From assembly GCA_963828525.1 (NCBI GenBank), contig CAWHEP010000008.1, forward strand, positions 128,001 to 192,000: 64,000 nt of DNA, given 5' to 3'. The position numbers and the translations under genes are program-made. Shown here piece after piece: positions 8,692 through 22,323 of this stretch (the stretch's first letter is position 1; every line of letters starts with the position of its first letter). The stretch comes from an uncultured Verrucomicrobiae bacterium. GTDB lineage: Bacteria > Verrucomicrobiota > Verrucomicrobiia > Chthoniobacterales > Chthoniobacteraceae. A model generated the notes under the pieces. It was not told the origin of the DNA, made no database searches, and worked only from the letters and a program-made list of their open reading frames with translations.

Positions 8692-10438
8692 GTCCCTCCC
8701 AACGACATTCCCTTGGATGAGACAGATTTGTCGAGGTCCGTTCCGAAGCGAGTTCTTCTGGGCGTCCTTGTGTTAGCGGTGCTATGCGCGGTTCTTGGGG
8801 GTAGGCCTTTCCTCCATTGGATAAAGGGCGCCCGCTCGAGTCATTTCGCCGCGCAGAGCGAAACGTTCCTCGCGGAGGAGAAATGGCAGGAGGCGTATTC
8901 CAAGGCGCAAGCCGCCTACCGACTGAAGCCGGACGAGCCAGCAGCCCTGCGGGCCATGGCTCATTTCTACGAAAAAGCAGACCCTCGGGCGGCAGCACCT
9001 TTCCTGAGCATTCTCTGCGCTTCGCGCGACGCCACGATCCCGGATGAGAAAGAGTACGCAGAAGTTTCCCTGCAGCTAGGAGACGCGCTGCAGGCTTATG
9101 ACCAGATTAGCAAGGTGTTGCAGCGGGACGGTCAAAGCGCTGAGAACCTTCGGCTTGCTGCCAGAATCGCCGGAGCGCGAGGCGATCTCGATGGGGCTCT
9201 GCGGTTCGCGCAAGCCGCCGAGCAGCACGACCCGGTAAATCTTCGCGGAAGATTTCTAACCGCCGAGATTGAGATCTCGTCCGGGAAGAGCGGAATCCGC
9301 GCGGCGGGGTGGGACGCGATCTGGCAACTCGACGAGGATCATGGGGAGTGTGGACTCGATTCCCTGCGGTTTTCAAGCCGTCGGCCGGACTTTCCGCGCG
9401 AACACGTCGCCGCGCTTCCCGACTTGCTTCGGCAGCATCCCCTTGCCACGGAGCAGGACAAACTTCTTGCTTGCGAACTGGACATGGCGAGGGTTCCCGC
9501 AGAGCGAGAAAAGATCCTCGGGAAGGCAATGACTGACACGAAGAAGGGTGACGGCACGGCTCTTCATACGCTGGCGGTGTGGCTGAATAGCCTGGGCGAG
9601 TTCCAAAAGACGACGGAAATTCTGCCGGAGAAGATCGCGGTGACAAGGCAGGATTATTTCCTGGCCTATCTGGATGCCATGGCGTCTCTGAAACGGTGGA
9701 AGGATGTCGATCGTCTCCTGGAAATGAAAGATGTGCCGCTGGGCGACGTATATGTCCAGGCGTTCCATGCAAAATCAGCCGAGGCCCGTGGCGACAAGGA
9801 CGCGGCCGAGTTTTCATGGAGACGGGCCCACACCGCCGCGACGGGAAACGTCTCCCAGATGGCCTATCTGGCGCGTTACGCGGAGAAAGTCGGGCAGATT
9901 GACCAGGCGGAGCTGGCTTATCGCACACTGGCTGAGGATATCCCTTCGGCGCCGAGCGCTTACGAGCGCCCTTCGAGGATCGCCCAAACCAGAAAAGATG
10001 CGCAGGCAACCTGACCTGCTGCTGCAAGAGATGGCGCCCGATGGAAAGATGATCCCGCGATCCGAAATGATTATGCGTACATGAGCCTCTCTTGAAAAAG
10101 GATGCGCAAAAGGCTCGGGACATTCGATGGGACTCGTTACCGCGCTTCCCAACGAGCTTCCCCATCGCACCGCGCTTGCGCTCGCATCCTGCGGCTGAAT
10201 GACCCTGCTTCCGCTTTGAACACTTATGCGGGTTTGCAGATTCCGTGGGAAAAGGTTGCGGCACGTGACAAGGCAGTGTACGTGGCCGTGCTTGGAGCCA
10301 ACGGGAGGGAGGAGGAAGCAAGAAAAATGGCGGCGTCTGCTCACGACCAGAGACCTTTTCCCGGAGGAACTTGACCTGGTTCGACCGTGGCTCAGCCACC
10401 GTGACAGCAGCTTCTCGATGTTTCCCTTGCGAGAATGA
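8674..10438 (+). CDS. Membrane-anchored TPR protein, frameshifted in the 3' part
   Basis: N-terminal TM plus helical repeats (8674..10014); continuation in other frames (HRTALALASCG, ASALNTYAGLQIPWE, RDLFPEELDLV). Confidence 0.7.
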
Positions 10439-10453
10439 CGATGAATATAAACT

Positions 10454-11493
10454 ATGGAGATGGAACAACCGAACACCGAGAATCCGGTGGCGCTCATCAC
10501 GGGGGTGACGGGGCAGGACGGCTCTTACCTTTGCGAGCTTCTTCTTAAAAAAGGGTACAAGGTGCACGGCGTCGTCCGAAGAACAAGCAATGTTCAACGC
10601 CTTCGCCTCGAGCATCTGCGGAATCTGCCCGACGTATATGGAAAGTCATTTTTCCTGCACTATGGTGATCTTTCAGATGCGACAACCCTCCGCCGCATCA
10701 TCCATGCCGCCCAACCTCAGCGAAATCTATCATCTCGCCGGTCAGAGCCATGTCGGTTCAGTTTCGAGATTCCGGAATCGACTTGTGAGGAGGTGGCGAT
10801 GGCAACATTGCGCCTGCTTGAGATTTGCAGGGATCAGCCCCAGCCCGTGCGGTTCTTCCACGCCTCCTCGTCCGAAATTTTCGGCGGGGCGACGGAATCT
10901 CCCCAAACGGAAGAGACTCCTTACAGGCCAAGCAGCCCTTACGGTTGCGCCAAAGCCTTCGCGACGGACATGGGCCGCGTTTACCGTGACTGGCTATAAC
11001 CTATTCGTCTGCAACGGCATCATGTATAATCACGAATCGCCGAGGCGGGGCGAAAACTTCGTCACGCGCAAAGATTTCCCGGCAGGTGGCGCGGATCAAA
11101 CTAGGGCATGGCTGACCGGCTCATGCTGGGAAACGTGCACGGACGCCGCGACTGGGGACATGCCGCGGATTACGTGGATGCAATGTGGCGAATGCTGCAG
11201 CACTCCGACCCTGGCGATTACATCGTTGCCACAGGATCGACTCACTCGGTGATGGACTTTTGCGAGGCGGCGTTCTCGGTCGCCGGACTTGCAATGGGAA
11301 AATTACGTCGATTACGACAAATCCATAGAGCGTCCGATCGAACCCGCCGGCTGGTCGGGCCAGCCCGTCAAGATCAAAAAGGCGATTAGGTGGCAGGCCA
11401 CAGCGTCCCTTTCCAGGCTTGGTGAGGGAGATGGTGGAGTTCGATCTCGCCGACCTTGCGGAGACTCAGGCGACTGCTGCGAGAACGTCCTGA
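10454..11493 (+). CDS. gmd: GDP-mannose 4,6-dehydratase, several frameshifts
   Basis: [66 protein letters not shown] spread over successive frames. Confidence 0.92.
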
Positions 11494-13105
11494 ATGCGCG
11501 CTAGCGAGACCGGCCTCGCTTCAAGAGCGCAATGCCACTTCCGTTCCCCAGGAAGTGACAGGGAATCCGCGCAGCGTCAACAGATTGGCTCACGGTCGTG
11601 GTGGCTCGGCGGGGTTTGGCTGCTCCTTGTCAATGAGCTGCGGACCGAGTGGTCGCTGAATCAGCAGTATAGCTACGGATGGGTCGTTCCGATCCTCTGC
11701 ACTTTACCTTTTCTGGGAGCGCTGGAAGGATGCGCCAGCGCCTGGCAAATCTGTTTCGGCCTATTCCCGCATGCGGCCTCTGTTGCGATATGCGCCTTTA
11801 GCATTTTCCCTTTGCGGTTGTTCTGGAGGCGAACCCCGATTGGAGACTCCCGGATTGGGGCCTCGCCTTCGCGGTTGTTGGACTGTGTGAAGCGGCTTTG
11901 CTCTATAGTGGTGGATGGAAATGGGCACGGCACCTCGGCTTCCCTATCGCTTTTTTCCTGATCGCGGTACCCTGGCCCGTGCCCCTGGAGCAACAGACTG
12001 ATGCAGAATCTGATGCGGGGAAACGCATGGATGACAGTGACCACCCTCGTCTGGTTTGGAATACCGGCGGTGCAGATGGGAAATGTTATTCAGATCCCAA
12101 CAGGCACTGTGGGGATTGATGAAGCATGCAGCGGGGTGCGCTCGCTTGCAGACCACTTTGATGATCTCCCTCTTTCTTGGTGAACTTTACCGTTTCCTTT
12201 TAGCAGGAGGGTCCTGCTCCTGGTGGCTGGAGTTTTTTTGCCATGCTGTGCAACCTCGGCAGGACGCTCTTCCTCGTGTGGCTGAGTGCGGAGCAAAGCC
12301 CGCATGAAATGACGAAATGGCACGACACGGCGGGACTGGCAGTGCTGATCGTTTGCCTCGCAGGCCTCTGGCAGATCGCTCAGATGCTGCGTGGCGCGGC
12401 CGAGGTATCCGAACGGGCCCCCCAGCGGAAACGCTGGGCAGCTCGAAAACTGCCCGCACGCCTGGTGATAGGGCTGGCGTCTGGCTTGTGGTGTCCCAAC
12501 TCTCTGTGGAAGCATGGTACCGGATGCACGAATCCGGCGTGACCGAAAGTGCACGCTGGTCAGATTGACTGGCCGGTCACCAAAGCTGGCTTTCATGACA
12601 CAGAAATTCCCGAAACCACAAAGGTGATTCTCAAATACAACGAAGGGCGTTCCGGTTCGTGGACGGGAGCGGACGGAAGCCGCTGGACAACATTTTTTTT
12701 CCGCTGGTTCCCGGGAAGCGCGGCGGCGCAGCTGGCGCGGGGCCACAAACCGGACATCTGCCTTCCGGCGGCAGGGCTTCGGCTCGACAGGTACGGCGGC
12801 ATCCAGAGTATGCATATTGGCAAGCTGGACATCCCTTTTCAATGCTATGTGTTTGATTACCAAGGCAAGCCTCTTCATGTTTTTTACTGCCTCTGGGAGG
12901 ATCATCAGCAGCAAAGCGCGACGGTGTTGCCAGAAGAACCGAAAGGCCCGCACCCGTCTTCTGGCAGTCATGGCCGGAAGGCGCAACCTTGGGCAGCAGG
13001 TGCTGGAGATGACTCTCTTTGGCGATAGAACGGATGAGGATGCCGATGCCGCGTTGCGGCGAACCCTGGAAGAAATCGTGAAGCCAGAACGGAGCGTCTG
13101 CTTAG
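11494..13105 (+). CDS. Exosortase fused to an EpsI-like domain, several frameshifts; 3' end approximate
   Basis: W..NQQYSYGWVVP, AVPWP, GIDEACSGVRSL (catalytic Cys), NLGR (Arg), WHDTAG (His); then GHKPDICLPAAG and HVFYCLW typical of EpsI. Confidence 0.82.
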
Positions 13106-13115
13106 GGCGCGAGCC

Positions 13116-14687
<1,572 letters not shown>

Positions 14688-14691
<4 letters not shown>

Positions 14692-15056
14692 CCCTCGGGT
14701 TCCCCCGGCCGTTTCTTCTTCTTTGCGCAACTTGCCTCCCCAAGAGAGGATCCTCGCTTTTGCGCCAGCGGCTTCTGCTTCCTTGATTTGCTGATTGCGC
14801 ACGTAAAAAAGGGAAAGGCTTGACCAGGCCAACTGGTCGTTTGGTTGAAGCTGCACTGAGCGTAACCCCGCCCTATCGCGTCTCCGTATCGTCCAGTCTT
14901 CATCAGCGCCATGCCGAGGGCATGCCATCCATCGAAGAAAGCCGGATTCGCTTCTACGCAGCGGCGATATTTCTCTATAGCAGCGTCAAGCTCTCCAACA
15001 GCCAGGTCTCCGTTGGCATCGTCAAAAAGTTCGTCGATTCGCGCATCCTCAGGCAT
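14688..15056 (-). CDS. Small TPR protein, frameshifted
   Basis: ELDAAIEKYRRCVEANPAFFDGWHALGMALMK joined across an indel to VQLQPNDQLAWSSLSLFY. Confidence 0.75.
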
Positions 15057-15063
15057 GTTCAAT

Positions 15064-16563
15064 TCAGCCGCGCGAAGGTGGGAGCGCCTGCACGCGGGCC
15101 ACATCGCGGCAGAGCCTCAGCCAATCATGAAAAACAACTTCCCGCTTGCCGTGGAGGAACCGGTCAGTCAACGAATTTTCGACCTTTGCAAATTCTGAAG
15201 CTTCAACCGGATCGCGCTTTTCGAGGTATATCAAAAGGCCTCCATCGGCACTAGGAACAAACTCACTGAGTTCGCGCGTCTTCATCTCTATCGCTTTCTC
15301 GGCGATCATGCCCGTTTCGCGATTGTCCGGCTTTTGATCAGCAAGCGAAAAGGGAGGCAACTTCTCCACGGAGAGGTTCAACTCCTTGGCGATATCGGCG
15401 AGAGTTTTGGTTGGCGCAGCCTTTAGCTTATTCCGAACATCCGTCGCCTTTAAGGTCATGAGCTCCCGCTCGCGCTCGGTAGTGAGAGCCTCGACAAGCT
15501 GACCCCTGGATTGTTCAAAGGTGAGCGGTGGCTCGGGACATTCTGTTCCAGATGAAGCACGTAGAAGGCGTCGTGTGACTCAAGCGGGTCACTGTTCGGA
15601 TCGTCTTTTGTCATTTTAAAGGCGGCGTCCGTGGCTCCGGCTACATCCGCGAGGCGCGGGTCCGGGCTGGATCTCGTAAAAAAGTCGGAGTTCCCGCGTT
15701 TTGAGTTCAGCCTTCGCGGCCACTGAATCGAAGCTCGCTCCCTTTTCAGTTATAGCCTGGGAGAAGTCACTAGCCGCGTTCGCAAGCTTTCCAAGAGCGT
15801 CGTTCCGCTCCTTCGGGGCGAGCTTAGCCTCCGCGTCTGACAGTGAGAAGACGACATATTTTACCTTCACTTTTTCCTCCGACCGGAGTGTTTCCTTTCG
15901 CTGCTCGTATGCTTTTTTCAGATCGTCATCGGTAAGTCTTACGCTTGAGGCGAAATCAGAAAGCTTGAATCGTATGAGCGAAGTTTCCAGCTTCTGGTTA
16001 TCGATTTCGTAACCGAAGCGCAGTTCAGCCGGGGAGACCGAGACGGTCGCTCCGATCAAGGCCTTCACCTTTTTCACCGTTACATCTTTTTTGATGAGTT
16101 CATCTATTTCCGTCTCTCCGAAGCCTTTGGGCGTGAGCTTCTCCTGGATAAACGCGGCCAGTTTGTCCCTATCAAAACCGCCGTTGCTCTGGAACACCGG
16201 AAGAGAAGATTCTTCCGCCACAATCTCGTCACTGGTCGGGCTGATGTGCAAGCGCTCCGCTTCATGTTCCATGACGACCGAGTTCCACACGAAATCCTCG
16301 ATCGGATTTTTGCTGATGCCGCGCAGGGATTGCAGCAACTCAAAGAGGCCCAGATCTGTGGCAAGATAGTAGCGCCTTACCTGTTTATCCACCTCCATCC
16401 TGCTCACGGGATGCTGGTAGATGAGTGCCACGTCCTCTGTTCCGCCAGTGCCCCCTCCACGAACCGTCCGGTTCATATTGTAAAAACCGACGAATGCAAT
16501 GATGACGAGCACAGTGATCATCACCATGAGGAACTGTTGGTGTTTGCGAAGGAGATTAATCAT
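15064..16563 (-). CDS. SurA N-terminal domain / PpiD-like membrane-anchored chaperone, frameshifted
   Basis: N-terminal TM MINLLRKHQQFLMVMITVLVIIAF, EAERLHI, FQSNGGFD, VKVKYVVF; C-terminal piece 15064..15459 ends FHDWL. Confidence 0.72.
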
Positions 16564-16711
16564 TTGCCAGGGGTGAAGGTGAGTTGCAGGAGGGTCAGGG
16601 AAGGTGAATTAAGCCTGCCCCGCGGAGGCAGAGAAGCTACGCTGTAGCCTTAAGGAGCATCAACTCCTTTTTATATGGAAGTAATTCCCCGGCACGGGTG
16701 GTTCAGCCTAC

Positions 16712-18412
16712 CTAGACGCCGCGAGCGCCGCTCTCCAGCTCTGAAGCGCCTTCGGACAGGAGAGTCTTCGCGTGAGCGACCGCTGACTTGCTCTGTCCCC
16801 CGAGCATGCGAGCGATCTCTTCGACCCTCGCCTCTCCCTCGACTCTCGCCAGGCGAGTAAAGGCGCGCTGGTTGCTGAACTCCTTTGTCACAACGAACTG
16901 AGTTCCCGCCAATCCCGCTACCTGGGGCAGATGCGTAATACACAGCACCTGGTGGTCCCCGCCGAGGCTCTTCATCTTTGCTCCCACCGCTTTGGCGATT
17001 TCGCCGCCTACGTTGGCGTCAATTTCGTCAAATACCAGCAATGGAATGCCGTCCTGCGAGGCGAGAGAGCTTTTGACGGCGAGCATTACCCTGGAAATTT
17101 CGCCGCTGGACGCAATGGTTCTGAGGGGCATTGGTGGCTCCCCCGGATTGGGCATGAACTGGAATTCGACAGTCTCAAAACCTCGGAGCAGAGGCTCGGC
17201 GACTTTATTTAACTGAATGTCGAATCCCGATTTCTTGAAACCAAGGTCCCGCAACTGCGAGGCGACATCGGCAGCCAGTTTCGGCGCAGCCTTCTCTCGT
17301 TTGTCGGCAAGCTTCTTCCCTTTTTCGGAAAGCCTCTCCCGGCCCGCGGCGATTTCCCTGCCCAGGCGCTCAATCTCTCCGCCGCGGCTTTCAATTTGCT
17401 CGAGACGGGTCGCTGCTTTTTGCCCGAATAGCAGAATTTCCCCGAGATTTTTCCCGTACTTTCGCTTCAACGTCTCGATCAGGTTGATTCTTTCCTCAAG
17501 CACCGTCACTTTTTCGGGATCGATCTCGAGGTGATCCGCGTACGTCCTGATCGCCCGCGCGCTTTCCTCCGTCATGGCTTGCGCAGCGGCGAACCCGTCG
17601 GCGATCTCCGACGAGTGGATATCGAGCTTCTGGATCTCGCGAAGGGAACGCTGGACCTGGGTCATACGGAGCAGTATGGAGTCATCCTCATCCGCCAGGC
17701 GCATGAGCGCTTCCATGCAGAAGGCCATCACGCGGTTCCCGTTGGATGCCAGATTGAAACGCGCCAGGAGGCTTTCCTCCTCTCCTGGCTGGAGTTCGGC
17801 TGCCTCGATTTCGGTGACCTGATGGCGCAGGAGGTCCATCTCGCGCTCCAGCGCGGCTTCGTCTGTGGAGAGTTGTGCCTGAAGGTCCCTCAGCCCCGCT
17901 AACGCGCGGAACTCGGCCTCGTAATCTCCGCGTAACACCGTTGCGCCAGCAAATGAGTCCAGCAGTTCCATCTGCTTTTCCGGGGAGAGCAGGGACTGGT
18001 GTTCATGAGGGCCGTGCAGATCGACGAGACTATCACCCAACTCCTTAAGCACGTTCAGCGTGGTGGAACAGCAGTTGACGAACTGCTTATTGCCTCCGGC
18101 GCGCGAAAAAACCCGTTTGAGTATCAACTCGTCCTCAGCGCAGGGGTCGAGGCCTTGCGCGAGAAGGCGTTCATTTAATGCCCCCGAATCGGGAAGATGG
18201 AAGGAGGCCTCCACTGCGCAGTGATCCGCTTCCGCGCGGATGAGCGACTTTTCGGCGCGCTCGCCCAGAAGGAGTTTCAACGCGCCGATGATGATTGATT
18301 TGCCCGACCCAGTCTCTCCTGTGATGGCTGTGAAGCCCGGCGAGAGATTCCATTCCAGATCCTCCACGAGAGCGAGGTTCCGAATCCGAAGCGATGAGAG
18401 CATTGCGGGCAC
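16712..18412 (-). CDS. recN: DNA repair protein RecN
   Basis: LRIRNLALVE, ITGETGSGKS, DLHGPHEHQSL, IASSGEISRVMLA, VFDEIDANVGG, CITHLPQVA, EEIARMLGG. Confidence 0.96.
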   Translation of the reverse strand: MPAMLSSLRIRNLALVEDLEWNLSPGFTAITGETGSGKSIIIGALKLLLGERAEKSLIRAEADHCAVEASFHLPDSGALNERLLAQGLDPCAEDELILKRVFSRAGGNKQFVNCCSTTLNVLKELGDSLVDLHGPHEHQSLLSPEKQMELLDSFAGATVLRGDYEAEFRALAGLRDLQAQLSTDEAALEREMDLLRHQVTEIEAAELQPGEEESLLARFNLASNGNRVMAFCMEALMRLADEDDSILLRMTQVQRSLREIQKLDIHSSEIADGFAAAQAMTEESARAIRTYADHLEIDPEKVTVLEERINLIETLKRKYGKNLGEILLFGQKAATRLEQIESRGGEIERLGREIAAGRERLSEKGKKLADKREKAAPKLAADVASQLRDLGFKKSGFDIQLNKVAEPLLRGFETVEFQFMPNPGEPPMPLRTIASSGEISRVMLAVKSSLASQDGIPLLVFDEIDANVGGEIAKAVGAKMKSLGGDHQVLCITHLPQVAGLAGTQFVVTKEFSNQRAFTRLARVEGEARVEEIARMLGGQSKSAVAHAKTLLSEGASELESGARGV

Positions 18413-18449
18413 AAGGGGAGTATGTAAGAGTGAGCGCGCTTTTCAACTC

Positions 18450-19229
18450 ATGGCGGACATTACGATCACGTTTCTCGGGACCGCCACTTCCCAGGGCGTG
18501 CCATTGATCGGATGCGACTGCGCCGTCTGCCATTCGAGCGATCCCCGGGACACCCGAACCCGCTCGTCCATCCATGTGAAAAGTCCCGGGTGTGAATGGG
18601 TGATAGACACCGGCACCGATTTCCGGGCGCAGTGTCTTCGGGAGAACATCACCAGGCTGGACGCCGTCGTATACACCCATGCTCACACTGATCACATCAT
18701 GGGTTTTGATGACCTGCGCGCGTTCTGCAACCCAGGGCAGCCAATGCCCGTTTATGCGTCTGAGGAGACTCTGGGTCATTTGAAGCGTGTCTTCGACTTT
18801 GCGTTCAACGGCAAAAACAGATTTCCCGGCTACGTAAACCCATTGCCCATCCCGATCGCGGGGCCGTTCACTCTCGGCGACATCACCGTTGAGGCTCTCC
18901 CGATCCTCCATGGCCGGACGCGAGTAAACGGTTATCTATTAAGCAGAGGGGGCAAGTCGCTCGCGGCGTATCTCAGCGATTGCAAGGAAGTTCCCGAGCA
19001 TGTGCTGGAGCGAATAAAAGGAACGCGATTCCTGATAATTGATGCTCTCCGGCATCGTCCACATCCCACCCATATGAGCGTGGACGAGGCGCTCGCCTTC
19101 GCAAGCAAGGTGAAGCCGGAGAAAACATGGTTCACGCACGTTTGCCACGAGCTCGGCCATGAGGAGACGAAGGCGCGCCTCCCGGCCGATGTCCGGATCG
19201 CCTACGACGGGATGAAGCTCTTGATATGA
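18450..19229 (+). CDS. MBL-fold metallo-hydrolase (PhnP-like)
   Basis: FLGTATSQGVP.IGCDCAVC, THAHTDHIMGFDDLR, AYLSD, HPTH, THVCH, AYDG. Confidence 0.9.
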   Translation: MADITITFLGTATSQGVPLIGCDCAVCHSSDPRDTRTRSSIHVKSPGCEWVIDTGTDFRAQCLRENITRLDAVVYTHAHTDHIMGFDDLRAFCNPGQPMPVYASEETLGHLKRVFDFAFNGKNRFPGYVNPLPIPIAGPFTLGDITVEALPILHGRTRVNGYLLSRGGKSLAAYLSDCKEVPEHVLERIKGTRFLIIDALRHRPHPTHMSVDEALAFASKVKPEKTWFTHVCHELGHEETKARLPADVRIAYDGMKLLI

Positions 19230-20822
19230 GACGGTTCGCCATAGTCCTCGTCGGGGCGTGCTTGCTGGCAGCGGGAGGCGCTTCCGGCCAACTTCAGGAA
19301 CCGCCGCCGAAACCGGAGGCTTTTGCTCCGCCGGCGCCGCTTCCGGCTGTGGAAGCAACCCGCGTGATCTTTAACGCCCTTGATCCTGCTTCGAAAGATC
19401 TGGCGGAGTTCTACGCGGCGAAGCGAGGTATATCGGAGGATCACCTGGTAGGCCTGGATTGTTCGAAGGCCGAGGAGATCAACCGGGAAGACTATGACGT
19501 CACGATAGCCGAGCCGCTGAGGAAGATCTTCAGCGCGCGCGGATGGTGGAAAGTGAAGGCGGGGGCCGACGGGCACGTGATCGAGAACAGCGTGCGGTTC
19601 ATCGCGCTCATGCGCGGCATTCCGCTCAAGATAAAGCAGGTGGCCAAATACCCGGGCGATGAGAAAAAGGGATTCTCAGTCATCATGCCTTACAACCAGG
19701 CTTCTGTGGATTCAGAGCTCGCGGCCCTGGGGTTTTTCACCAGGCATATCTCCGGCGCGCTGGTAAACCCCTACTACAGATCTTTCACCTCCATTTTCAG
19801 GACAAACATGCCTTATCTGATGTTGGTTTGCAGGCTCGATGGGCCGACAGATGGCACTGTCCGCAGGATGATCGAAGACTCGATCGAGACGGAGAAGACA
19901 GGGCTATGGGGCTTCGCCTATATAAATAAACGCAACGTGACTGGGGGTGGCCTGGCAATCGGAGATCAATGGCTGGATCGCCTCACCGACGACGCGTTGA
20001 AGCATGGGATTCCGTGTATCGTCGAGAAGGGACCCGCGTTGTTCCCGCCGGGTTATCCGATGCGGAATGCGGCTCTTTACTATGGCTGGTATGGCAAGGA
20101 AGCGGTGGGCCCGTTTGCTCGAAGGGATTTCCGGTTTGTTCGGGGAGCGGTGGCATGCCACATCCACTCCTTCAGCGCTTCGACACTGCGCGACCCCGCC
20201 AGCAACTGGGTCGGCGCCGCTGCTTTTCCATGGGGCCGCCGCGTCGATGGGGAACGTGTACGAGCCCTACCTGCCGTTCACCCCGAATCTCGACATCTTC
20301 AATGAGCGTCTAAGAAATGGTTTTACCTTCGCAGAGAGCGCTTACATGTCCCAGAACGTCATCTCCTGGATGACTACATTTGTGGGTGATCCCCTCTACA
20401 GCCCCTTCAAGATTCTTCAGGACATCTCGGTGGAGCCGCCGGGGAGCGCAGCAGAGTGGGTCGCCTTCCGGGAAGGCGCTTTCGCATGGTTCAACGAGGG
20501 CCGAGCAAGCGGCGAACACCAGTTGCGCGAGGCTGGCGCGAGACTGCGAAGCGGGATCATCTTCGAAGGGCTTGGACTACTGCAGGCTTCCTGCGGCGAC
20601 GACCGGGCTGCGGCGAACTCGTTCACCAAGGCGCGGACTTATTACGCAAATGCCGATGATGTCATACGCGTGGCCATCCATGAGGTCGGGGCGCTTCGTT
20701 CCAGCCAGCAAAGTTCCGAAGCCTTCTCGCTTGCCCAGAGGGAGATCAACACCTACCCAGCGTCCCCCTCCGTCTCACTGCTTCGCGCGTTACAGACGGC
20801 AATAAGGACAAACAGCCAGTAA
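19226..20822 (+). CDS. TIGR03790-family protein, one frameshift near 20220
   Basis: Signal peptide, LAEFYAAKRGI, ASVDSEL, LVCRLDGP, YYGWY, GAVACHIHSFSA, GNVYEPYL, GDPLY. Confidence 0.8.
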
Positions 20823-20829
20823 TCCGAAA

Positions 20830-22191
20830 ATGACCCAGGCGGAACGGTACGCTGAGTTGCGCCCACCTGACGAAAGCGCGCGTGAGGAACCATCCCGGCG
20901 CTTTACACCATCTGGAGAACTGGAACTTCAGGCCCGTTGGTTCGCCGGGGAGTTCGGCTGCCGGTTTAAGAGCACCACGGGAGAGAGCATCGAAGTAATC
21001 CAGTTTGGCGTCTGGAATCACGAATCCGGCCCTGACTTCGCGGAGGCTGCGATCTCCATCAATGGCGGCCCGCCAGCCCGAGGATGTATAGAACTCGACC
21101 CGGACGCCAGGGATTGGGAAAGGCACGGGCACGCGGTGAATCCTGAATACGAGACCGTGGTGCTGCACGTCTTTTTCCAGCGAGGGGATGCGACGTTCTT
21201 CACGCGCAACGCGAGTCATCGCAATGTGCCGCAAGTCCTTCTCGACGCGTCCGGCGAAAAGGGGCGCGTTGGCATTGTGCCGGAAGCAAAAGCAGGCCGG
21301 TGCCTTGCTCCCCTCCGGGAGCTTTCCGATGAGAAAGTGGGGAGCATACTGGATGCGGCGGCGCAGTTCAGGCTGCGCCAGAAAGGTTTGAGGATGTCAC
21401 AGATCGCGATGGCGCACGGGGATGAGGAAGCTCTTTACCAGGCTCTCAGCGCCACCCTTGGCTACAAGGGGAACAGCCTCCCCTTCACTCTCCTGGCGCA
21501 GCGATTGCCGCTCTCGCTCCTTCTGAAGGACAGGCAGGGTATCGACTCTTTGCTTTTCGGGTTGAGTGGCTTTCTGAAACCGGACATGGCGCCGTTCCCA
21601 GACGGGACGCGTTCCTATCTGCGAGACATCTGGCAGGGTTGGTGGCCGAGGCGGGCGGCATGGGAACGTCTTTCGCTGCTGCCCACTCAATGGCGGCTGA
21701 GCGGCCAACGGCCCCTAAATCATCCTCAGAGACGCATCGCTGCTCTGGCGCAGATCGTCCGGAATTGGCAACCCCTCAGGGCGGCCATGGCGTCCGGAGA
21801 ATCGAGGAGAATTGGCGCGTTTTTCCGGGATCTCCATGACGATTTCTGGGATTTTCACTACACTCTTTCCGCTCAAGCTTCTCCCATCCCGCTGGCGCTT
21901 GTAGGGGAATCGCGCATCAGCGAGATGATGGCTAATGTGTTTTTCCCGCTCGCTGCCCTGTCGCGGCCTTCCGCATGGGAAGAGTACTCCAAACTGCCCG
22001 CCGTTCTGACCAACCGGCGCGCCCGAACCGCGGCGATTCGCCTTTTTGGCGGCATCAACATCGCCGGGCGCCTCCTCAAAACCGCGGCCCGCCAGCAGGG
22101 TCTATTGCAGATCTACGAAGACTTTTGCATGCGGGACAGTTCAGATTGCGAGCGCTGCCTTTTCCCCAGGCAGATCACACAGTGGGCTTAA
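20830..22191 (+). CDS. DUF2851-family protein
   Basis: ELELQARW, GVWNHESGPDF, GCIELD, WERHGHAVNPEY..VVLHV, RPLNHPQRRIA, C-terminal FC....DCERC. Confidence 0.8.
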   Translation: MTQAERYAELRPPDESAREEPSRRFTPSGELELQARWFAGEFGCRFKSTTGESIEVIQFGVWNHESGPDFAEAAISINGGPPARGCIELDPDARDWERHGHAVNPEYETVVLHVFFQRGDATFFTRNASHRNVPQVLLDASGEKGRVGIVPEAKAGRCLAPLRELSDEKVGSILDAAAQFRLRQKGLRMSQIAMAHGDEEALYQALSATLGYKGNSLPFTLLAQRLPLSLLLKDRQGIDSLLFGLSGFLKPDMAPFPDGTRSYLRDIWQGWWPRRAAWERLSLLPTQWRLSGQRPLNHPQRRIAALAQIVRNWQPLRAAMASGESRRIGAFFRDLHDDFWDFHYTLSAQASPIPLALVGESRISEMMANVFFPLAALSRPSAWEEYSKLPAVLTNRRARTAAIRLFGGINIAGRLLKTAARQQGLLQIYEDFCMRDSSDCERCLFPRQITQWA

Positions 22192-22204
22192 GCGCGGAAG
22201 TGTC

Positions 22205-22230
22205 GTAACCTTGATCTCCCTGGCGTGTCA
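22205..22230 (+). promoter_or_regulatory. Possible ECF-type autoregulatory promoter (GTAACC ... GTGTCA)
   Basis: AAC-containing -35-like box and GTC-containing -10-like box about 100 bp upstream of the ECF gene; motif match only. Confidence 0.3.
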
Positions 22231-22323
22231 TTGACCGTATGTTGCGAAGTCCTCAGTGGAAACCAATCCATTTTTTCCGAGACCCGCGGTGAATGCCGGC
22301 ATCAAGGAGCAATCCTCTAGCGA

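Noticed and set aside
9107..10615. 502-aa minus-strand ORF
   Set aside because: Antisense to the TPR gene and gmd, rich in Arg/Pro/Ser with no motifs; typical GC-rich shadow ORF.
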